From a virus, in IMG/VR virus record IMGVR_UViG_3300036823_000156, positions 1 to 64,000 of that record: a stretch of 64,000 nucleotides of DNA, one strand, 5' to 3'. Under the pieces are notes generated by a model. It ran no database searches. It saw nothing but the letters and a program-made list of their open reading frames with translations, and was not told the DNA's origin. Positions 30,924 through 40,370 of the stretch are shown piece after piece. Positions within the stretch are counted from its first letter, which is position 1; each line of letters begins with the position of its first letter. Both the position numbers and the translations under genes were made by a program.

Positions 30924-31483
30924 GTGGGCCTTCCAGAAGTGTTCTGACCATGCACGTGCCAGATCCAGGTCCGCTCGGGCAGGTGGCTGAAGCTGGCGTG
31001 CTCGTCGAGCAGGGCCAGGTAGAAGCCCCAGTCGTCGTACAGCCCGTTCGGGCCGTGTTGGAAGCCGCCGACGGCCTGAGCCATCGCGGTGTTCACCAGC
31101 GACGGGGTGGGGATGTAGGAGTATCGGCGCAGCGCCTCGGCGCTGAACGGCACGCCGAAGTGCTGGGGACTGGGGTCGGCCATCCCGCGCATCTCCGGCC
31201 ACGGGTACACCACGTCGGCGCCGGTGCTCAGCATGTGCCCGTGGCACTGGGCCAGGTGCTGGGGCAGGAACTCGTCGTCGTCGTCCAGGAACGCCACGTA
31301 CTTCGTGGTGACCTTGGCCAGCGCCCGATTCTTGGTGCTCGCCGCGCCCAACCTCTGCACGTCGGTCTCGACGATGATCGCATCCGGCCGGAGATCCTGC
31401 CCCAACACGGACGCCACGGCCCGCCGCAGCAACTCGCGCCGCGGCGGGATCGTGGCAATGCACACCGTGATGTTCGAGGTCAT
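30917..31483 (-). CDS. glycosyltransferase family 2
   Basis: ITVCIAT, RAVASV, YVAFLDDDDE, YDDW. Confidence 0.88.
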   Translation of the reverse strand: MTSNITVCIATIPPRRELLRRAVASVLGQDLRPDAIIVETDVQRLGAASTKNRALAKVTTKYVAFLDDDDEFLPQHLAQCHGHMLSTGADVVYPWPEMRGMADPSPQHFGVPFSAEALRRYSYIPTPSLVNTAMAQAVGGFQHGPNGLYDDWGFYLALLDEHASFSHLPERTWIWHVHGQNTSGRPTW

Positions 31484-31716
31484 ACGTTGAGATCTACGAC
31501 ACCGAGCATCGTGCCGATGCGGTCGCGCAAGGCGGTCGCGTCAGCCTGGCTCACCGGTATCGGGCCCACCAGGAACTCGGCGAATTGAACGCCGAAGGTG
31601 GTGTTCGTGGTGTTCCAGGCTTCGACCTGAAAACCGCCATCGGTGTTTTCGGCGACCACAATACTGCTCATGTGATCCATATTGATGGGCTGTCCGAACT
31701 TATCCTTTATCCACAT
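31480..31716 (-). CDS. hypothetical protein
   Basis: WI...INMDH; probable paralog of 31755..31982. Confidence 0.6.
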   Translation of the reverse strand: MWIKDKFGQPINMDHMSSIVVAENTDGGFQVEAWNTTNTTFGVQFAEFLVGPIPVSQADATALRDRIGTMLGVVDLNV

Positions 31717-31754
31717 TATGCGCCTCTACCTTTCGCTCTCGAATAATGTTTTTG

Positions 31755-31982
31755 TTACGGCAAGTCGTATCCGCGAACCAATGCTTGCAATGTCGCTTCT
31801 GCCACCGCCACGTCGGTATATATGTTAGGGCTTTGGTGCGTAGTGCCCGACACATCGTCGAAGAATATTCCCCAGTTCTCAGTAGTGGGAATGGTCTTGA
31901 CGTATGCCTTGACGACATGATCCATATTCACGTAGGAAGAGTTGTTTGAGGTGTCATCGTCTGCTTCGATCCACACAGCCAT
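31755..31982 (-). CDS. hypothetical protein
   Basis: WI...VNMDH; low GC. Confidence 0.6.
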   Translation of the reverse strand: MAVWIEADDDTSNNSSYVNMDHVVKAYVKTIPTTENWGIFFDDVSGTTHQSPNIYTDVAVAEATLQALVRGYDLP

Positions 31983-31991
31983 GTGAAATAC

Positions 31992-32606
31992 TCAGCCCTT
32001 CTCATACAATTTTCTGTTGGGATTGTTTGTGCTCATGTCACGATGTTCGCCAGAATGCCACAGATCATACGCCCAAGGAAGATTGGAAGGGTGTCGAAGA
32101 AGGCGTTCTCGGCCACCGGACAGGCGACGCAGAAAGTCAGTGTCCTCGTAGCCCCATCCTTCGTAGCGTTCGTCCATTCCTCCCAACGAATCCCACACAC
32201 CGCTGCGCATGGCAACGATCCCTTGACAACTGTAATCAGAATTTTCCGGCTTAAAAGATTTTGGATTGCTGCCAGCCAGGATGCGATTGGTATCGGCCTT
32301 GCCGTAGTAGAATACGCCACTGAAAACAAAGGACCATAATGGCCAGTCAGTTGTTCTTTCGACCGCCTGCTTGATGGCATCCACGTCGGGCAAATGATCG
32401 GCGCCCAGTTTGACGTAAACATCCCCCGTCGCCTTTTTCGCTGCGCGATTTGTTGCGCGCGAACAATTGAACGGGTGTCCGTTGTCGTCGTCCTCGCCGA
32501 CGCAGATTTCGAAGGGGGTGGCTTCCCACAGCGGGTGCATGTAGTTCCAGATGCGCTCGCGCTGGCCGTGATCGGTCCGCCAGGGGATCAGGATCGAGAC
32601 CTTCAT
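31992..32606 (-). CDS. glycosyltransferase (GT2/GT7-like, galactosyltransferase-type C-terminus)
   Basis: SILIPWR, PFNCSRATN, GGMDERYEGWGYEDTD, LWH. Confidence 0.85.
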   Translation of the reverse strand: MKVSILIPWRTDHGQRERIWNYMHPLWEATPFEICVGEDDDNGHPFNCSRATNRAAKKATGDVYVKLGADHLPDVDAIKQAVERTTDWPLWSFVFSGVFYYGKADTNRILAGSNPKSFKPENSDYSCQGIVAMRSGVWDSLGGMDERYEGWGYEDTDFLRRLSGGRERLLRHPSNLPWAYDLWHSGEHRDMSTNNPNRKLYEKG

Positions 32607-32926
32607 TGGCGCAGTGCCATGGTCGAGTAGTGCAGCGCTTCGTCGGCCTTCGCGGTTTCGGAGAAAACGTTCAGGCGTCCGTCTTCGTCGAACTCGGCGG
32701 GGAAGTCCTCGGGGAATTCGCGGGCCAGCGCGGTGTACAGCTCGAAGATCCAGTCACTGTTGCCGAAGGGATGCTTGGCGCTGAACCCGTCTGTCTCGTC
32801 GAGCAGGGCACTCAGCAGCAGGACCAGGTATTCCCGGATGGTGCTGGCGCCCGCGTCGTTGCCGTGGGGGTCCATCGGGCAGGCCAACACGAGTTCGGGG
32901 GACGGGAAGATCACTGCTTCGGTCAT
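32603..32926 (-). CDS. hypothetical protein
   Basis: 'ASTIREYL...FSAKHPFGNSDW' conserved-type phage motif. Confidence 0.65.
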   Translation of the reverse strand: MTEAVIFPSPELVLACPMDPHGNDAGASTIREYLVLLLSALLDETDGFSAKHPFGNSDWIFELYTALAREFPEDFPAEFDEDGRLNVFSETAKADEALHYSTMALRQ

Positions 32927-33108
32927 GATGCCTCCTGGGGCCAGCTGATCTGCAGGGTGGGGTTGAGGGCCAGCAATTCGTTGGCGCGATCGAACTCGGC
33001 GTCACTCACGTTGCCCAACATGTCGGAGAGCGTGTCGGTGTCGGCCAGGTTGTTCAGCTGAGTCTGCAGGTCCTCGCAGATGCGCGCCTTGATCTCGTCG
33101 TCGTTCAC
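32923..33108 (-). CDS. hypothetical protein
   Basis: AGGAG RBS, overlapping starts/stops. Confidence 0.5.
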   Translation of the reverse strand: MNDDEIKARICEDLQTQLNNLADTDTLSDMLGNVSDAEFDRANELLALNPTLQISWPQEAS

Positions 33109-34172
33109 CGGGTCTCTCCTAGCAGTACGTGGGCCCATTTCCAGGCGTTCTTCTCGTAGGTGTGCGCGCGGGCGACCGCGCGGGCGTTGGCGCCCATCGT
33201 CTCGCGCAGCTCGCGGTCGTGCACGAGGGTGGTCAGGTGGGTGGCCATCTCGCCGGGGGTGCGGAACAGCAGGCCGGTCTCGCCGTGCAGCACGAAGTCG
33301 TGGTACGGGCCGTAGTCGCTGGCTACGATCGGGATGCCCAGCGCCGCGCACTCCAGCGCCTTGATCGGCGACTTGGAGAGGTTGAACGGATGCTGGCGCA
33401 GCGGGGCGACGCACACGTCGAAGTTGATCCGGCGCAGGTAGTCCTCGACGCCGTGCACCCAGCCCAGGCCGGTGACGCGCTCGGGCGGAATGGCCCGCAG
33501 GTCGGCGGTGAAGTAGTCCGTATCGCCCATGATGTGCAGCAGGGCGCTCTGCTCGCGGTCGATCCACTGCACCAGCCGGGGCAGGTAGTGCTGCCAGTCC
33601 ATGCTGTGGTTGCTGCTGCCGCCCCAGCCGACCACGGTGGCGCGACGCTTCCAGTAGCTGCGGGCCACCGAGTCGTGTTCGTCGGGGATCAGGTGCTCGT
33701 GCCGCGGTCGCCGGTGCTTCAGCAGCCACGCGGGGATGTAGTTCGGGATCACGTACACCGGGGCGTCGGTGTGCTGCCGGGCCACGTCGGCCAGGGCGCG
33801 GCGGGTCACGATCACACCGGTGGACACGGCGAGGTTGGCGTGGATGCGGCCCAGGATCGCCGAGGTGTACTCGGGGTAGGCCGGGTTGGCCCGGTCGATG
33901 CTGAACACGTCGTCGTCCATCTCGAAGAACAGCCGCTGCCCCTCGGCGGCCAGGCCCTGCCACAGTCGACTGGGCTCCTCCTCGGCGACGAACTGGCCGA
34001 GGATGGTGACGTGCTCCTTCAGGCCCGCGTCACCCCGGGCGCCGGGGTGCAGCTCGTTGGGCAGGTACCGGCTCCAGGCGCACGAGTAGCCCTGCGCGTT
34101 GAGCGCGGTCATCGGCTGCTGGACGCGGTACCAGGCTACGGCGCCGTCGTTACTGGTCCATCCAAAGAGCAT
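33105..34172 (-). CDS. glycosyltransferase, GT-B fold (GT4-like)
   Basis: YRVQQP, EMDDD, VIPNYI, GWGGS..H, FNLSKSPIKALE..ALGIPIVAS, HGETGLL. Confidence 0.88.
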   Translation of the reverse strand: MLFGWTSNDGAVAWYRVQQPMTALNAQGYSCAWSRYLPNELHPGARGDAGLKEHVTILGQFVAEEEPSRLWQGLAAEGQRLFFEMDDDVFSIDRANPAYPEYTSAILGRIHANLAVSTGVIVTRRALADVARQHTDAPVYVIPNYIPAWLLKHRRPRHEHLIPDEHDSVARSYWKRRATVVGWGGSSNHSMDWQHYLPRLVQWIDREQSALLHIMGDTDYFTADLRAIPPERVTGLGWVHGVEDYLRRINFDVCVAPLRQHPFNLSKSPIKALECAALGIPIVASDYGPYHDFVLHGETGLLFRTPGEMATHLTTLVHDRELRETMGANARAVARAHTYEKNAWKWAHVLLGETR

Positions 34173-34579
34173 GCGCCGGTCCGCAGGGCCTTCTCCACGT
34201 GCCGCGGTGGCCGGATCGCCTTCACGCCCCGCGACCTCGCCAGCGCCACCAGCTCTGTCCATGTGATCGGCTTCTCCAGTCGGTCCAGGCCCGCGCGGGC
34301 CCGTGCGTGGGTGTCGGGGGTGTAAGTGTCGCTGGCCAGCTCCCGGCGGTACAGCAGACGGGTCATCTCGCGGTGCTCGCGCACCTCGGGCAGCCACAGG
34401 GCGACGAACGCGTCCCACTGGGCGTCGTCGGGCGAGCGCACGCCGGTGGACGGCCCGAGCCGGGCGATCTCCGCCTTGTGCAGGGCGCGTGCGCGTTCGT
34501 GCGGGGTGGGGTTGTTGGCGATGTAGCGGCGGTGCGCCTCGTTGTCGAGGTGGTGGCGCCAGATGCTGAATACTCCCAT
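34136..34579 (-). CDS. hypothetical protein
   Basis: GAAAGG RBS; ORF. Confidence 0.5.
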   Translation of the reverse strand: MGVFSIWRHHLDNEAHRRYIANNPTPHERARALHKAEIARLGPSTGVRSPDDAQWDAFVALWLPEVREHREMTRLLYRRELASDTYTPDTHARARAGLDRLEKPITWTELVALARSRGVKAIRPPRHVEKALRTGACSLDGPVTTAP

Positions 34580-34641
34580 GTGTCGTAGCCCTTTCGTTGG
34601 AGAGCGGTATCCGGCCGCTCTAGCAGAGGATGGTAACACGA

Positions 34642-34684
34642 GAGCCCGGCCAGTGGTAGGGCTACCTCACCACTGACCGGGCTC
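34642..34684. terminator. hairpin downstream of resolvase
   Basis: GAGCCCGGCCAGTGGT...CACCACTGACCGGGCTC. Confidence 0.5.
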
Positions 34685-34764
34685 TCGCTACTCCGGGACC
34701 ACGCTGGCCGGCACCGGTATGCGTCGTGCCAGCGGCTGCCTGCGGAGTTCTCCCCGATCGTAGC

Positions 34765-35313
34765 CTACCCGAACAGGTGCGGCCACCATTCGGCGCGTCG
34801 CTTCGGGCCCAGTCGGAGGTCGTGTGCCTTGCGCAGCCACAGAACCGAGTGCCTGTCGGCGTCGCGGGCATGACCCAGGCCGCCCTTGCGTTCGTAAAGA
34901 TCAATCTCTTTGAGATAGTCGTCGGTGGCCGTGCCCATCGCCTCGCTGGGCTGCTGTCGGAACGTGTAGCGCGGGTCTCCGACGAAGTGCAGCGCGAAGT
35001 CCAGCTTGGCCGTCAGGCGGACCGGGGACAGCACTTCCTTGTCCTGGTTGAACATTCGGATGATGAAGTCCTCGACCAGGATGCAGGCGTCGGGATACTG
35101 ACGGCACAACCGAAGCATGTCCTCGGCGGCCACGTCCTCGTCCTTGCTGTCGATCTGACCGTGGTCCCAGAACAGCGCCGTGCCGAACATGGTGGCCACC
35201 GAAGCCTTCTTGTTCAGCATGGCTTGGCGGGATACGGTCAGCACCGACCAGCCCGTCGTGCCGCCCGGGTCGAAGGCCAGCACGGTGGGGTGCTCGGCGC
35301 TGAAGTCGGGCAT
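34765..35313 (-). CDS. RuvC-like Holliday junction resolvase
   Basis: VLAFDPGGTTG, ILVEDF, QQPS, HARDA. Confidence 0.8.
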   Translation of the reverse strand: MPDFSAEHPTVLAFDPGGTTGWSVLTVSRQAMLNKKASVATMFGTALFWDHGQIDSKDEDVAAEDMLRLCRQYPDACILVEDFIIRMFNQDKEVLSPVRLTAKLDFALHFVGDPRYTFRQQPSEAMGTATDDYLKEIDLYERKGGLGHARDADRHSVLWLRKAHDLRLGPKRRAEWWPHLFG

Positions 35314-35501
35314 TACTGCTGCTCGATGGCGATGACGTGGATCAGGTTGACGTAGTCGCCGCTGGGCAGTTCCAGGAAGCTGCACGGCGAGTCGCTCATC
35401 ACGACGTGCGACACGCGGTCGTCGAAGATGCTGGATGGGTCGCCGTACCACGTGCGCTGCGTGCCGTCACTGAGCCGCAGGGTGTAGTTGGCTTCGCTCA
35501 T
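35313..35501 (-). CDS. hypothetical protein
   Basis: Coupled small ORF. Confidence 0.55.
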   Translation of the reverse strand: MSEANYTLRLSDGTQRTWYGDPSSIFDDRVSHVVMSDSPCSFLELPSGDYVNLIHVIAIEQQ

Positions 35502-35893
35502 TCGGGATTCCTTCTCTCCCACCGGATCATGGCTTCGGCGCGGATCGCGTCCACGTCGGGGCGATAGCAGTTGAGGAACACGGCCAGCATCTCGGCCGAC
35601 CCGCGCAGGTACCCGACGGACTCAGGCGTCGAGTGATCCATCACCTCGTCCATCTTCTGATCGATCAGACTCCACATGCTCTCCAGCAGCGTCCCGCCGT
35701 GCGCGCTGATGGAAAACGTCCCACGATGTTCCGGGGCCGTAGTTCGCGGCGAGGTAGCGGCTGGCTGCGACGACCTGCTCGGCCGGGGTGCCGGCGATTC
35801 CGGCGGCGTAGTCGATGGGGGAGGGGAGGAACTGGTAGTCCGGTTTGATCCCGCGCGCCGTCGAGGGCGCGGGGTTACTACTGCCCCACTCAC
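35498..35893 (-). CDS. hypothetical protein (start uncertain)
   Basis: C-terminal half looks coding. Confidence 0.45.
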   Translation of the reverse strand: MSGAVVTPRPRRRAGSNRTTSSSPPPSTTPPESPAPRPSRSSQPAATSPRTTAPEHRGTFSISAHGGTLLESMWSLIDQKMDEVMDHSTPESVGYLRGSAEMLAVFLNCYRPDVDAIRAEAMIRWERRNPE

Positions 35894-35919
35894 TCTGCCT
35901 CCTGATGAATGCCAGTTGT

Positions 35920-38304
35920 TCAGGCGTTGGAGCCGACGAGATCGTCATCGTCATCGTCGGCCTCTTCCGGCGCCTCATCCGGTTCCAGAACGCCGAGACT
36001 GTTCGCGTAAATGCTGACACCGAAACCACTCCCTACATCCTTCTTGGTGGCCGACACGACGACCACGTCCACGTCCAGGTTGATCGCCTCGATCAGCTCG
36101 CGCATCGCCGGGAACGCCCACCGGTTGATCCGCACGTACACGTCCTCGTCGCCCTCGTCGTAGCCGAACAGCACGGCGCTGGTCAGCAGCTCGGGATCGC
36201 GCAACTGCTCCAGGATCTCGGCATCGGTGGCGTCCGGGTTGTCGCCGTACTTGCGCTGCTTCTCCAGTTCGTTGTCGAAGCGGATCTTGCGGATGAAACC
36301 GATCCACACCACCGGGTGCTCGCCCTTGGGCGGCATGTCGTTGGAGCTGTGCGTGGGGATTGGCAGGCCGGCGAAGTCGGGCAGGCCGCGTCGGATGCCC
36401 TCGCGGTACTCGTGCAGCAGGTGGCTGACCCGGTGCAGCTCGAACGGGTCCTCGGCGGTGGCGAAGCCGATCATGGTGGCGATCGTCTTGGGCCCGATCC
36501 CCTTGACCGGTTTGTAGTCCCCCCAGTCGAACGCGCCGTAGCGGCGCTGCTCGGTCAGCGACCGCTCGACGGCCTCGCGGTGGGCCAGCATGGCCAGCGC
36601 GGTCGTCTCGCCGACGTTCGGGATCTGCAGCAGCCCGGCCCGCAGCGCGCCCGCCTCGCCCTCGGCCAGCAGGGCGGGGGCGGGCTCCCAGGACAGGTCG
36701 GACACCTGCGCGTCGGGGGCCAGGATGGTGATGCCGTGGTGCAGGATGTCCTGCATCAGGCGGGGTGTCTTCTCCTTGCCGGTCTTGGGCAGCTGGCCGG
36801 CGTAGAAGGCCAGCGGGTGGTTGGTCTTCAGCCACATCGACCAGTACGCGACCATGGAGTACGAGCAGGCGTGTGCGTAGTTGAACAGGTACTTGCTGGC
36901 CGTGGTCATCCTGGCCCAGATGCGCCGGGCGTCCTCACCGGAGATGCCGTGGTTGCTGGCGGCGCCGCGCTCGAAGGCGTCGTACAACTCGTTGAACGCG
37001 GCCTCGCCCAGCTTGCCGGAGATGATCCGCCGGATCCGGCCGATCTCGGTGCCGGAGAACCCGCCGATCTGGGCCAGGATGCGGAACACCTGCTCCTGGA
37101 AGATCACCGTGCCGTAGCTGTGCCGGGTGATCTCGTCGATCACCGGATGCACCGACGGGATGGCCAGCCGCCCGTGCCGACGGGCGACGTAGGCGGTGTA
37201 CTCGCCCGATCCCAGCGGACCGGGCCGGGCCAGGGCGCTGATGTCGACGAGGTGGCGGAAGTCCTCGGGCTCGACGGCCCGGCAGACGCCGCGCTGGGTG
37301 CGTCCCTCGAACTGGAAGATGCCGGTCAGGTCGCCGTCCCGGAACGCGTCGAGCACCTTCTGGTCGTTGAGCGGGACGCGGTAGAGCTCCTCCAGCGGCA
37401 TGTCGATGATCTTCAGTGACTGGCCGATCATGCCCATCGTGGTCAGTCCCAGGAAGTCGATCTTCGTCATGCCGAGGTACTCGGCCGACTTCTTGTCCGC
37501 CGCCACGACGGAGACCTGGTGCTTGGTGGCCTTGGTCTTGCCGATCTCGCGGGTGTACGTGGCGCACACGTCGGTGATGGGTCGCGAGGAGATGACGATG
37601 CCGGCGGCGTGCACCGACATGCCGCGGTAGTCGCCCTCGAAGTTCTCGGCCTCCCGGATCTGCGGCCACTTCTGAGCGATCTCGCGGGCCTTGGGGAACA
37701 GCTCGAACACGTCGTGCACCGAGTCGTTCTGGCGCGGGTCCCCGGCCTCCCGGTCGATGATCAGGCCGGCCACCGTCTCGACCGCCCACTTCGGAATCCG
37801 GTAGACGCGGCCGATGTCCTTGATCGCCGTCTTGCCGCGGAACCGGGCGTAGTTGGCGATGTTGCCGACGCAGTCCTCGCCGTACTTGCGCTTGGCGTAC
37901 TCGACCATCTCGTGCCGGCGGTCGTCGGCGAAGTCGATGTCGATGTCGGGCATGTCGTCGCGGGTGGGGTCCAGGAACCGTTCGAACAGCATGTTGGGGT
38001 AGCGCATCGGGTTGATCTCGGTGATGCGCAGCAGATAGCACACCAGGCTGGCGGCGGCCGACCCCCGGCCTGGCCCGACGGCGATGCCGTGGTCCTTGGC
38101 GTGGCGCACCAGATCTGAAACGATCAAGAAGTAGTCGCAGAAGTCCTTGCCGACGATCGTGTCCATCTCGTAGTGGATGCGCGTGGTCACGTCGGCGGCG
38201 TGCTGCCCGAGGAACCCGTCGTGCGGTGCCCGGAACGTCCAGCCGTTGCGCAGCCAGGTCCATAGCAGCTCGGTGGAGTTGACCGGCTGGGACGCCGTGG
38301 TCAT
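35920..38304 (-). CDS. dnaE: DNA polymerase III alpha-like, catalytic (C-terminal) part
   Basis: GPGRGSAAASLVCY, FERFL, MPDIDIDF (catalytic), HAAGIV, KIDFLGL, GIFQFE, YLFNYAH. Confidence 0.92.
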   Translation of the reverse strand: MTTASQPVNSTELLWTWLRNGWTFRAPHDGFLGQHAADVTTRIHYEMDTIVGKDFCDYFLIVSDLVRHAKDHGIAVGPGRGSAAASLVCYLLRITEINPMRYPNMLFERFLDPTRDDMPDIDIDFADDRRHEMVEYAKRKYGEDCVGNIANYARFRGKTAIKDIGRVYRIPKWAVETVAGLIIDREAGDPRQNDSVHDVFELFPKAREIAQKWPQIREAENFEGDYRGMSVHAAGIVISSRPITDVCATYTREIGKTKATKHQVSVVAADKKSAEYLGMTKIDFLGLTTMGMIGQSLKIIDMPLEELYRVPLNDQKVLDAFRDGDLTGIFQFEGRTQRGVCRAVEPEDFRHLVDISALARPGPLGSGEYTAYVARRHGRLAIPSVHPVIDEITRHSYGTVIFQEQVFRILAQIGGFSGTEIGRIRRIISGKLGEAAFNELYDAFERGAASNHGISGEDARRIWARMTTASKYLFNYAHACSYSMVAYWSMWLKTNHPLAFYAGQLPKTGKEKTPRLMQDILHHGITILAPDAQVSDLSWEPAPALLAEGEAGALRAGLLQIPNVGETTALAMLAHREAVERSLTEQRRYGAFDWGDYKPVKGIGPKTIATMIGFATAEDPFELHRVSHLLHEYREGIRRGLPDFAGLPIPTHSSNDMPPKGEHPVVWIGFIRKIRFDNELEKQRKYGDNPDATDAEILEQLRDPELLTSAVLFGYDEGDEDVYVRINRWAFPAMRELIEAINLDVDVVVVSATKKDVGSGFGVSIYANSLGVLEPDEAPEEADDDDDDLVGSNA

Positions 38305-38459
38305 CGCCACCCCCAACTCCGGTCGAGGTGCCGGCGGGCCGCCGCGCGAGCGTGGATCTGTTGCCACCACATGTGATTGGCCGTCATGTCGCCGCGCAGG
38401 CGAGCCTCCTTGGCCTGGGAGCGCATGTAGTTGTACCAATTCGTGTTGACGCGAGCCAT
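38301..38459 (-). CDS. small hypothetical protein between dnaE halves
   Basis: 52 aa, translationally coupled on both sides. Confidence 0.55.
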   Translation of the reverse strand: MARVNTNWYNYMRSQAKEARLRGDMTANHMWWQQIHARAAARRHLDRSWGWR

Positions 38460-39388
38460 CACCACTCCAGGTCGTCGGTGGTGCCGGGGAAGCGCACGCG
38501 CTCGGTCTTGGGCAGCGTGACCTGGCAGCGCTGGCCGATCTCCTCGGAATTGCAGATGGCTTCCCACGCCTGTGTGCGGGTCAGGCCGGTGGCCATCAGC
38601 TGTTCGCCGATCTGCTTGTCGGACAGGGGGTAGGAGAGACGAATGTCGTATTCCCAGCCCGCGTCCTGGCTTTCCACCGTGCCGCCGCGCAGTGCCGCGT
38701 GAAGGGCCACCTGGACGCGATTCTGCTCTGGAAGGAGATAGTGAACGTCTGCGGTGGCAACGAGGGGAATGCCGAACTCGGCGGAAAGCTCAGCGTAAAT
38801 CCCGTTGAGTGTGCGACAACGTCGCAGTTCAGGGAAGCGCTGTACTTCGAGGTAGTACCCGTCGCCGTAGACGTCGAGGAACCAATTGATGACAGCTCTC
38901 GCTCGATCAAGGTCGAGATCGCTCGCCGTATCGCGTTGCTCACCAAGACTTTTGCCTCCCAGCAGGGTGCAGGCCAGCAGCGAGTCGGCGCAGCCCGAGG
39001 TGGAGATGAGGCCCTCGCCGTGCGCGGCCAGCATGTCGGAGTGGCAGGTGGGGAACTTGGAGGCCGCGGTCACGCCCAGGGTGGCCCACGACCCGGCCAT
39101 CAGCTGGCACAGGTTGCGGTACCCGGCCAGGTTCTCCGCGACCACGGTCTGGTGCCACTTGCGCTTCTCGTTCGGCGGGGCGGTGTACAGCTCGCAGCCG
39201 AACGCCGGGTGCAGCCCGACGGCGAGCAGTTCCTTCTCCCATAGCGGGTGCGCCGTGGTGTTGCCATGGTCGGTGATGGCCGCGCCGGTGTAACCCAACT
39301 CGGCCAGCCGGGCGGCGTGCTCCTTCGGCGTCTTCGCCCCGTCGCCATAGCTGTAGGTGCAGTGCGTGTGGACACTGAAGAAGCGCAT
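38459..39388 (-). CDS. dnaE: DNA polymerase III alpha-like, N-terminal PHP domain
   Basis: HTHCTYSYGDG, AITDHG, GCELY, GYRNL, TSGC, YYLEVQ, VATADVHY. Confidence 0.9.
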   Translation of the reverse strand: MRFFSVHTHCTYSYGDGAKTPKEHAARLAELGYTGAAITDHGNTTAHPLWEKELLAVGLHPAFGCELYTAPPNEKRKWHQTVVAENLAGYRNLCQLMAGSWATLGVTAASKFPTCHSDMLAAHGEGLISTSGCADSLLACTLLGGKSLGEQRDTASDLDLDRARAVINWFLDVYGDGYYLEVQRFPELRRCRTLNGIYAELSAEFGIPLVATADVHYLLPEQNRVQVALHAALRGGTVESQDAGWEYDIRLSYPLSDKQIGEQLMATGLTRTQAWEAICNSEEIGQRCQVTLPKTERVRFPGTTDDLEW

Positions 39389-39618
39389 CACGGGTGTTTC
39401 GTTTGGTACTGCAGGACGGCGGCCTCCATCTTGCGGGCCGCGTTGACGATCGAGGTGCGGGCGCCGCGCACGCGGTGATCGTCGTGGGAGGCGCCGTCGA
39501 TCAGCAGGTTGTCCAGGCGACCGTGCGCCATGGCCCACACGAAGATCGGCTTCTTCAGTTCCTCGTACAGGTCTTCGACGCGTTCGACGAGCTGCTCGTC
39601 CGGTGTTGGTGTCGACAT
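39388..39618 (-). CDS. hypothetical protein
   Basis: GAGGAG RBS. Confidence 0.55.
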   Translation of the reverse strand: MSTPTPDEQLVERVEDLYEELKKPIFVWAMAHGRLDNLLIDGASHDDHRVRGARTSIVNAARKMEAAVLQYQTKHP

Positions 39619-39629
39619 GGTCGTGCTCC

Positions 39630-40199
39630 TCACGTCTCGACGACTTCGTTGGCGCTGGCCCGGTAGGTCAGCTCCTCGGGAAGCTTCAGGGCGCCTCGGC
39701 GCAGCAGTCGGATGTCGTTGGTGGACAGTCGCAGCCGGTAGCCCCGAGGGGCGCCCTGCACGAGCTGTGGCCACAGGATGGGCATGTCGGCCGGAGTGCC
39801 CGGCCACTGCGGCGCGTACTCACGACGGGACCGGATCAGCTGGCTGCGGTGGCTGCGGTGGATGTGCAGGTCGCCCAGCCACGGCGGGTTCAGCAGCTCG
39901 TCGCCGCCGTTCTCCAGATCCGTCCCGGTGGTGGCCAGCAGATCGGTGTCCAGGTCGGGCAGTGAGTGGTTCCGGTTGGTGACCAGCTCGTTGGCCATCA
40001 TCAGGCCGTGGATGCACAGCCGCCACTGGTACGGCCCCCACATCGAGATCGCCAGAAACCGCTTGTTCGTGGGAGAGTCGGGAGGCGCGAGGAGCAGCCG
40101 CAGCACCTCGGTCGAGGTCTCCACCTGCTCGACCAGATCCTCGTCAGTCAGGGACTGGGCCGCTTTGCCCGGCTCGATATGCGGCATCCAGGTGATCAT
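39630..40199 (-). CDS. pyrimidine-dimer DNA glycosylase-like protein (MSMEG_6728-like family)
   Basis: MITWMP...A..L..., 'MWGPY', 'PPWLGD...HRSHRSQL', 'ILWP'. Confidence 0.65.
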   Translation of the reverse strand: MITWMPHIEPGKAAQSLTDEDLVEQVETSTEVLRLLLAPPDSPTNKRFLAISMWGPYQWRLCIHGLMMANELVTNRNHSLPDLDTDLLATTGTDLENGGDELLNPPWLGDLHIHRSHRSQLIRSRREYAPQWPGTPADMPILWPQLVQGAPRGYRLRLSTNDIRLLRRGALKLPEELTYRASANEVVET

Positions 40200-40370
40200 G
40201 CTTGCAGCCCATGTCCTTCCTGTGTGCTCCCGGCCGCCGCTCTCTGCGAACGACGGCCGGGACCCGTGGGTAGTGCAACTTTCAATTACCTGCAGAAGTA
40301 CAGGTAACCGGTCACCATCAGGATGGCGACGTTCAGAACAACCAACAGGACGCGCCACAGCGCCTGGTGG

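Noticed and set aside
38301-38470. Split intein in dnaE
   Set aside because: No Cys-initiated IntN after the PHP half and no HN/C motif at the start of the catalytic half.
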